Source of the DNA: an uncultured delta proteobacterium
GTDB taxonomy: Bacteria > Myxococcota_A > Polyangia > Polyangiales > Polyangiaceae
Length of the DNA: 64,000 nt
Assembly (NCBI GenBank): GCA_963850305.1
Contig: CAWKKR010000002.1
Span: 1-64,000, forward strand
Direction of reading: 5' to 3'
In this document: positions 60,273 to 64,000 of the stretch, in pieces
Layout of the letters: each line of letters opens with the position of its first letter
Numbering within the stretch: position 1 is the stretch's first letter
Translations under genes and position numbers: made by a program
Notes under the pieces: model-generated
The model's database searches: none
Seen by the model: the letters and a program-made list of their open reading frames with translations, nothing else
What the model was told of the DNA's origin: nothing

Positions 60273-61667
60273 TCAAAAGCCGAAATCGACGTGGTGTCGC
60301 GGACTCGCCCTCGAAGACGAGTGCGCGGCGGCCTTCGCCGGATGCGGCGAGCGGAGCTCATGCGGCGCGGTGCGAGGCGCCGGGACGGGAATCGAAGCGG
60401 ATGACGCCGCCGGAGGAGTCGGCGCGATCGTCGGTTCCGCAGGCTGAGCCGACGTGACCACTGGGATTGTCGGAACTGCGGCCCGCACCGGCGGGGAAGG
60501 GGTCGCGATGGTCGGGTTCGGCGCGGGGGGGACCGCGGCGGCAGCTGGCGGTCCCGCTGCAGCAGACGCCGTGTCGTGCCCCGCCGGGCGAAGAACGAAC
60601 GCGGCGATTGTGCCCGCGAGAAGGAGGGCCCCGACAGTCGCGCCTGCGATCACCCGCCGGGGCGTTCGTCCGGTGTTCATCGACGTGTGCGTCAGCGCGC
60701 CGACGTCGCCGCTGATCGCGTTTCGCGCCGCGGTTGCCTGGGTCACGCGCGGCAACTCGAGCTGAGACGCCATGGCGTCCCGCGCGGTCGCGGGTCCCGC
60801 GGTCTGCAGCCCGGCCACGCTTCGGAGCTGCGTGGTGAGCTCACGCGCCGACTGGAATCGCACGGCGAGATCGCGTGCAGTGCACCGGGCGAACCACTCG
60901 TCGAACCCAGGCGGCAACGGCGCGAACGACGACGGCGCGGGAATGGGACGCACGCAGATCTGCAGGATGAGCTCGCCCAGAGCCTCGCTGTCGAACGGGC
61001 GCCGTCCCGTCACACATTCGAAGGCAATGACGCCCAGCGACCAGAGATCGGTCCGGTGATCGACGCTCCGGTTCCCCTCGGCTTGCTCCGGGCTCATGTA
61101 ATAGGGCGTGCCCAGAATGGCGCCAGTCCTCGTCTGGCTCGACGATTGACCGAGGCCGCTTCCGGTGTCCTTGGCGATGCCGAAGTCCAGCACCTTCGCG
61201 ACTTCATCGTCGTCGTTTCTCACGAGGAAAATATTGTCGGGCTTGAGATCGCGATGGACGATCCCGCCCTCGTGAGCGCGCGAAATGGCGCGGCCGACTT
61301 GCGTCAAGATTCGCGCGGTCGACTCCGCCGACAGATGCCCCACCGTGTCGAGCCGCTGCGCGAGGGTCTCGCCCTCCAGCAGTTCCATCGCGATGAAAGG
61401 CACCCCTTCCTCGACGCCGTAATCGAGTGTCTGGACGACGTGCGGGCTGCGGAGCGCGGCGGCAGCTTGCGCTTCGCGCATGAAGCGACCGAGGGCCTCG
61501 GGGTTCTTGGCGATGCTCGGATCTATGATCTTGATGGCGACCGTGGAATGAAGCGCAAGGTGTTCCGCTGCCCAGACCGAACCCATCCCGCCCTGGCCGA
61601 GGCGGCGGCTCAGCCGGAACTTTCCGGCGATGACATGGCCTTCGCCCCAGGCCTCGGATCCAAGCAT
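60273..61667 (-). CDS. Ser/Thr protein kinase with TM helix
   Basis: LGQGGMGSVW, VAIK, HRDLKPDN, DFG and YMSPEQ. Confidence 0.97.
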   Translation of the reverse strand: MLGSEAWGEGHVIAGKFRLSRRLGQGGMGSVWAAEHLALHSTVAIKIIDPSIAKNPEALGRFMREAQAAAALRSPHVVQTLDYGVEEGVPFIAMELLEGETLAQRLDTVGHLSAESTARILTQVGRAISRAHEGGIVHRDLKPDNIFLVRNDDDEVAKVLDFGIAKDTGSGLGQSSSQTRTGAILGTPYYMSPEQAEGNRSVDHRTDLWSLGVIAFECVTGRRPFDSEALGELILQICVRPIPAPSSFAPLPPGFDEWFARCTARDLAVRFQSARELTTQLRSVAGLQTAGPATARDAMASQLELPRVTQATAARNAISGDVGALTHTSMNTGRTPRRVIAGATVGALLLAGTIAAFVLRPAGHDTASAAAGPPAAAAVPPAPNPTIATPSPPVRAAVPTIPVVTSAQPAEPTIAPTPPAASSASIPVPAPRTAPHELRSPHPAKAAAHSSSRASPRHHVDFGF

Positions 61668-61780
61668 TGCTCTCAGGGTAACCTCGGGTCCGCGGCCGAG
61701 CCAACCTCGTTATTGACGCGACGCACAAGTAAACCTCTGGACAGACCCCGGCGGCTGCACGGTATCGTCGAGAAGCCGTC

Positions 61781-62794
61781 GTGAAGTTTCGCGTTCTCCT
61801 GGCTCTTGCGCTGGTTCTGCCGAGCCCATTGGCCAGAGCCCAGCAGGTCGATGATCGGGAGCGGAGTGCCGCTCGGGGTCTCGCCGAGGACGGCGTGAAC
61901 GCCTTGCAGACCGGAGACGCGGCGACCGCTGCCGACAAGCTCGAGCGCGCCTACCAGATCGTGCGCCTTCCGACGGTCGGGCTCTGGTCGGCGCGCGCAT
62001 TCGCCAAGGAAGGCAAGCTCGTCACCGCCGAGGAACGGTACGAAGACGTCATCCATTGGAGCGGGACGGCTTCCGAGATGAAGCAACAGGCAGCCGCGCA
62101 GGCGACCGCTGCCCACGAGCGCGATGAACTGCTCCCCCGGCTCGGGAGCGTGACGCTGAACGTGGAAGGCGCCTCGCCGAGCGCCGTCAACCTGACACTC
62201 GACGGAGAAACGGTGCTCGCGGCGCTGATCGGGACTTCGTTACCCGTCGACCCGAAGCACCATGTTCTCCGCGGCACCCGTGGAACCGAGGTCGTCGAAC
62301 AGGGATTCGACGTGTCGGAAGGTCAGAAGACGAGCGTGACGTTGAAGTTCAACGAGGCGCCCGCGCCGGCCGCAGCCCCCGCGGCGCCAACCCCGCCGGC
62401 GCCGGCGCCGCCCGCCACCGCACCCGCGGTGACGGACGTTGGAGCCGACCACGGGTCGTGGTGGAGCCCTCAGCGGACTCTCGGGGTCGCCCTGGGAGGA
62501 GCTGGAGTCGTAGCGGGAGTCGTCAGCGGCGTGTTCACGCTGCAAGCGCTCTCCAAGAAGTCCGATGCGGGCAAGTACTGCCACGGGAGCGCGTGCACCG
62601 ACTCGCGAGGGGTCGACCTGCTCGCCAATGCCCATTCCGCGGGCAACGTCGCGACAATCGCGGGCATCGCAGGGCTGGTGCTCGTGGGAGCCGGGGTTAC
62701 CGTGTTCGTCACCGCGCCGTCGGGTCAGTCGGTGGCGATGGCACCGAGCTACTTTGCCGGCGGTGGGGGCCTCGTCGCGACGGGGACGTTCTGA
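61781..62794 (+). CDS. TPR/PEGA-domain protein
   Basis: Signal peptide, TPR-like helices, PEGA-like LTLDG..LPVDP and hydrophobic C-terminal helices. Confidence 0.8.
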   Translation: MKFRVLLALALVLPSPLARAQQVDDRERSAARGLAEDGVNALQTGDAATAADKLERAYQIVRLPTVGLWSARAFAKEGKLVTAEERYEDVIHWSGTASEMKQQAAAQATAAHERDELLPRLGSVTLNVEGASPSAVNLTLDGETVLAALIGTSLPVDPKHHVLRGTRGTEVVEQGFDVSEGQKTSVTLKFNEAPAPAAAPAAPTPPAPAPPATAPAVTDVGADHGSWWSPQRTLGVALGGAGVVAGVVSGVFTLQALSKKSDAGKYCHGSACTDSRGVDLLANAHSAGNVATIAGIAGLVLVGAGVTVFVTAPSGQSVAMAPSYFAGGGGLVATGTF

Positions 62795-63846
62795 TGCGCC
62801 CGCTGAATCTCTTGCCCGTTGCCGTCATCGGCCTGCTCGGATGCAATTCCATTCTCGGCATCCAGGAGGGGCACCTCGTTGGAACCGGAGGCGGGAAGGG
62901 GGCGGGCGGCGCTCTCGGGTCGGGAGGGGCTGACGCCGGACTCGGAGGTGGCGGCGCTCCGGACGCGAGCTCCGGCGGAACGTCGGTGGGAGGCGCGTCC
63001 AATGGCGGTGCGGGGATCGGGGGCTCCGGCGTCGACGGCGGGGCCGACGCGGGCGCCATGCGAGGGCCCGCAGATCTTCCCGGAGAGATCCGCTGTGGGC
63101 AGCAGAGTTGCGATCTCGGAGCCGGGCAAGTCTGCTGCGCCACGGTTTCGACCGGTGACGCGCATTGTTCGCAGACCTGCGATAGCTCGACCGAGATCAA
63201 GCTCACGTGCGACGGCGCGGAGGATTGCACATCGGGCGACACCTGTTGTTATCCCTTCGGACAGGCGACCGCGTCGTGCGCCACGAGCTGCGCGGCCGGG
63301 GGTCGCGTGTTCTGCGGCACCGATGGCGATTGTGCCCCCGGTCAATACTGTGCGCCCGGGGGAGGGGCGCTCGAGACCGTCTTCGTTTGCAAGGACGTGC
63401 CGAAGACCAAGTTCGTGTTTTGCGCGGGCGCGCCCTGCGATCTCTCGCTGGGGCGAGTTTGCTGTTACGACAAGACCACCCAGACCGAGGCGTGCACGAC
63501 CTCGTGCGCGGGTTCGAACGTGATCCCGTTCGCCTGCGACGGTGACGACGACTGTGCCGGGACCCAGAGGTGCTGCGCGGACCACACGGGCCTCGGGCTC
63601 TTCACCGGGACGGCATGCGCCGCTTCGTGCTCCGTCGGGGCGAACGTCGCTTGTGAGGGGGCCGGGGGCGTGTGCACCGCCGGGGATTCCTGTTGCGAGG
63701 ATGTGCATGACGGGACGGTGTGCGGCGCGACCTGCACCACGCGGGTCACGTGCACGACGAGTGCAGATTGTCCGGCGGGAGAGACGTGCACGCTCACGAC
63801 CGCAGCCGGCCTCGGTCAGGCCAGCGGCACGTGGATCTGCCAGTAA
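62794..63846 (+). CDS. Cys-rich repeat lipoprotein
   Basis: LLGC-NSILGI lipobox and repeated CDGxxDC..CC units; TGATG overlap with the PEGA gene. Confidence 0.85.
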   Translation: MRPLNLLPVAVIGLLGCNSILGIQEGHLVGTGGGKGAGGALGSGGADAGLGGGGAPDASSGGTSVGGASNGGAGIGGSGVDGGADAGAMRGPADLPGEIRCGQQSCDLGAGQVCCATVSTGDAHCSQTCDSSTEIKLTCDGAEDCTSGDTCCYPFGQATASCATSCAAGGRVFCGTDGDCAPGQYCAPGGGALETVFVCKDVPKTKFVFCAGAPCDLSLGRVCCYDKTTQTEACTTSCAGSNVIPFACDGDDDCAGTQRCCADHTGLGLFTGTACAASCSVGANVACEGAGGVCTAGDSCCEDVHDGTVCGATCTTRVTCTTSADCPAGETCTLTTAAGLGQASGTWICQ

Positions 63847-64000
63847 GGACCTGGCGTGCGGGGCCGCAGCGCATGCCGCCGCGGGTCAGTTCACGTGTTC
63901 TGTCTGCGTCACGCACCCGAGCAGTACGTCGAGCGCGGCCTTCGTGTCGGATTTCACTATGTCGCACGAAGCCGGACACAGATCGATGTGTGTCGCGTCG

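Overview
High-GC DNA whose gene content (Ser/Thr kinase-PEGA-Cys-rich lipoprotein module, FGE-domain and Gly/Cys-rich lipoproteins) points to a myxobacterium, probably Polyangiaceae-like (inference). Roughly 1-31,200 is an accessory mosaic; 31,300-64,000 looks like ordinary chromosome (oxidoreductases, MFS, CusA-type RND, persulfide dioxygenase-rhodanese, Cu monooxygenase, radical SAM/MMPL/CDP-alcohol transferase cluster, kinase module). The most striking structure is a 101-bp element present four times in the same orientation (3256, 4772, 9434, 14995). Three copies are identical. The fourth (95/101) lies about 90-190 bp downstream of an IS91/ISCR-type HUH transposase, where oriIS is expected. 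The copies separate unrelated 1.4-5.5 kb DNA pieces with genes cut at the junctions (degraded lpxD-fabZ-lpxA, higBA, a helicase-nuclease, satellite-like genes), which suggests a rolling-circle gene-capture array. Next come a capsid-less satellite-like element (Prim-Pol replicase, 36-bp inverted-repeat origin, 50% acidic mini-protein), tRNA-Glu 3'-end att remnants (one inside an integrase ORF), many toxin-antitoxin modules and fragments, and several phased tandem repeats. Many genes carry frameshifts that could be real decay or long-read errors; the sequence alone cannot settle this. All product calls come from motif recognition by eye, with no database searches.
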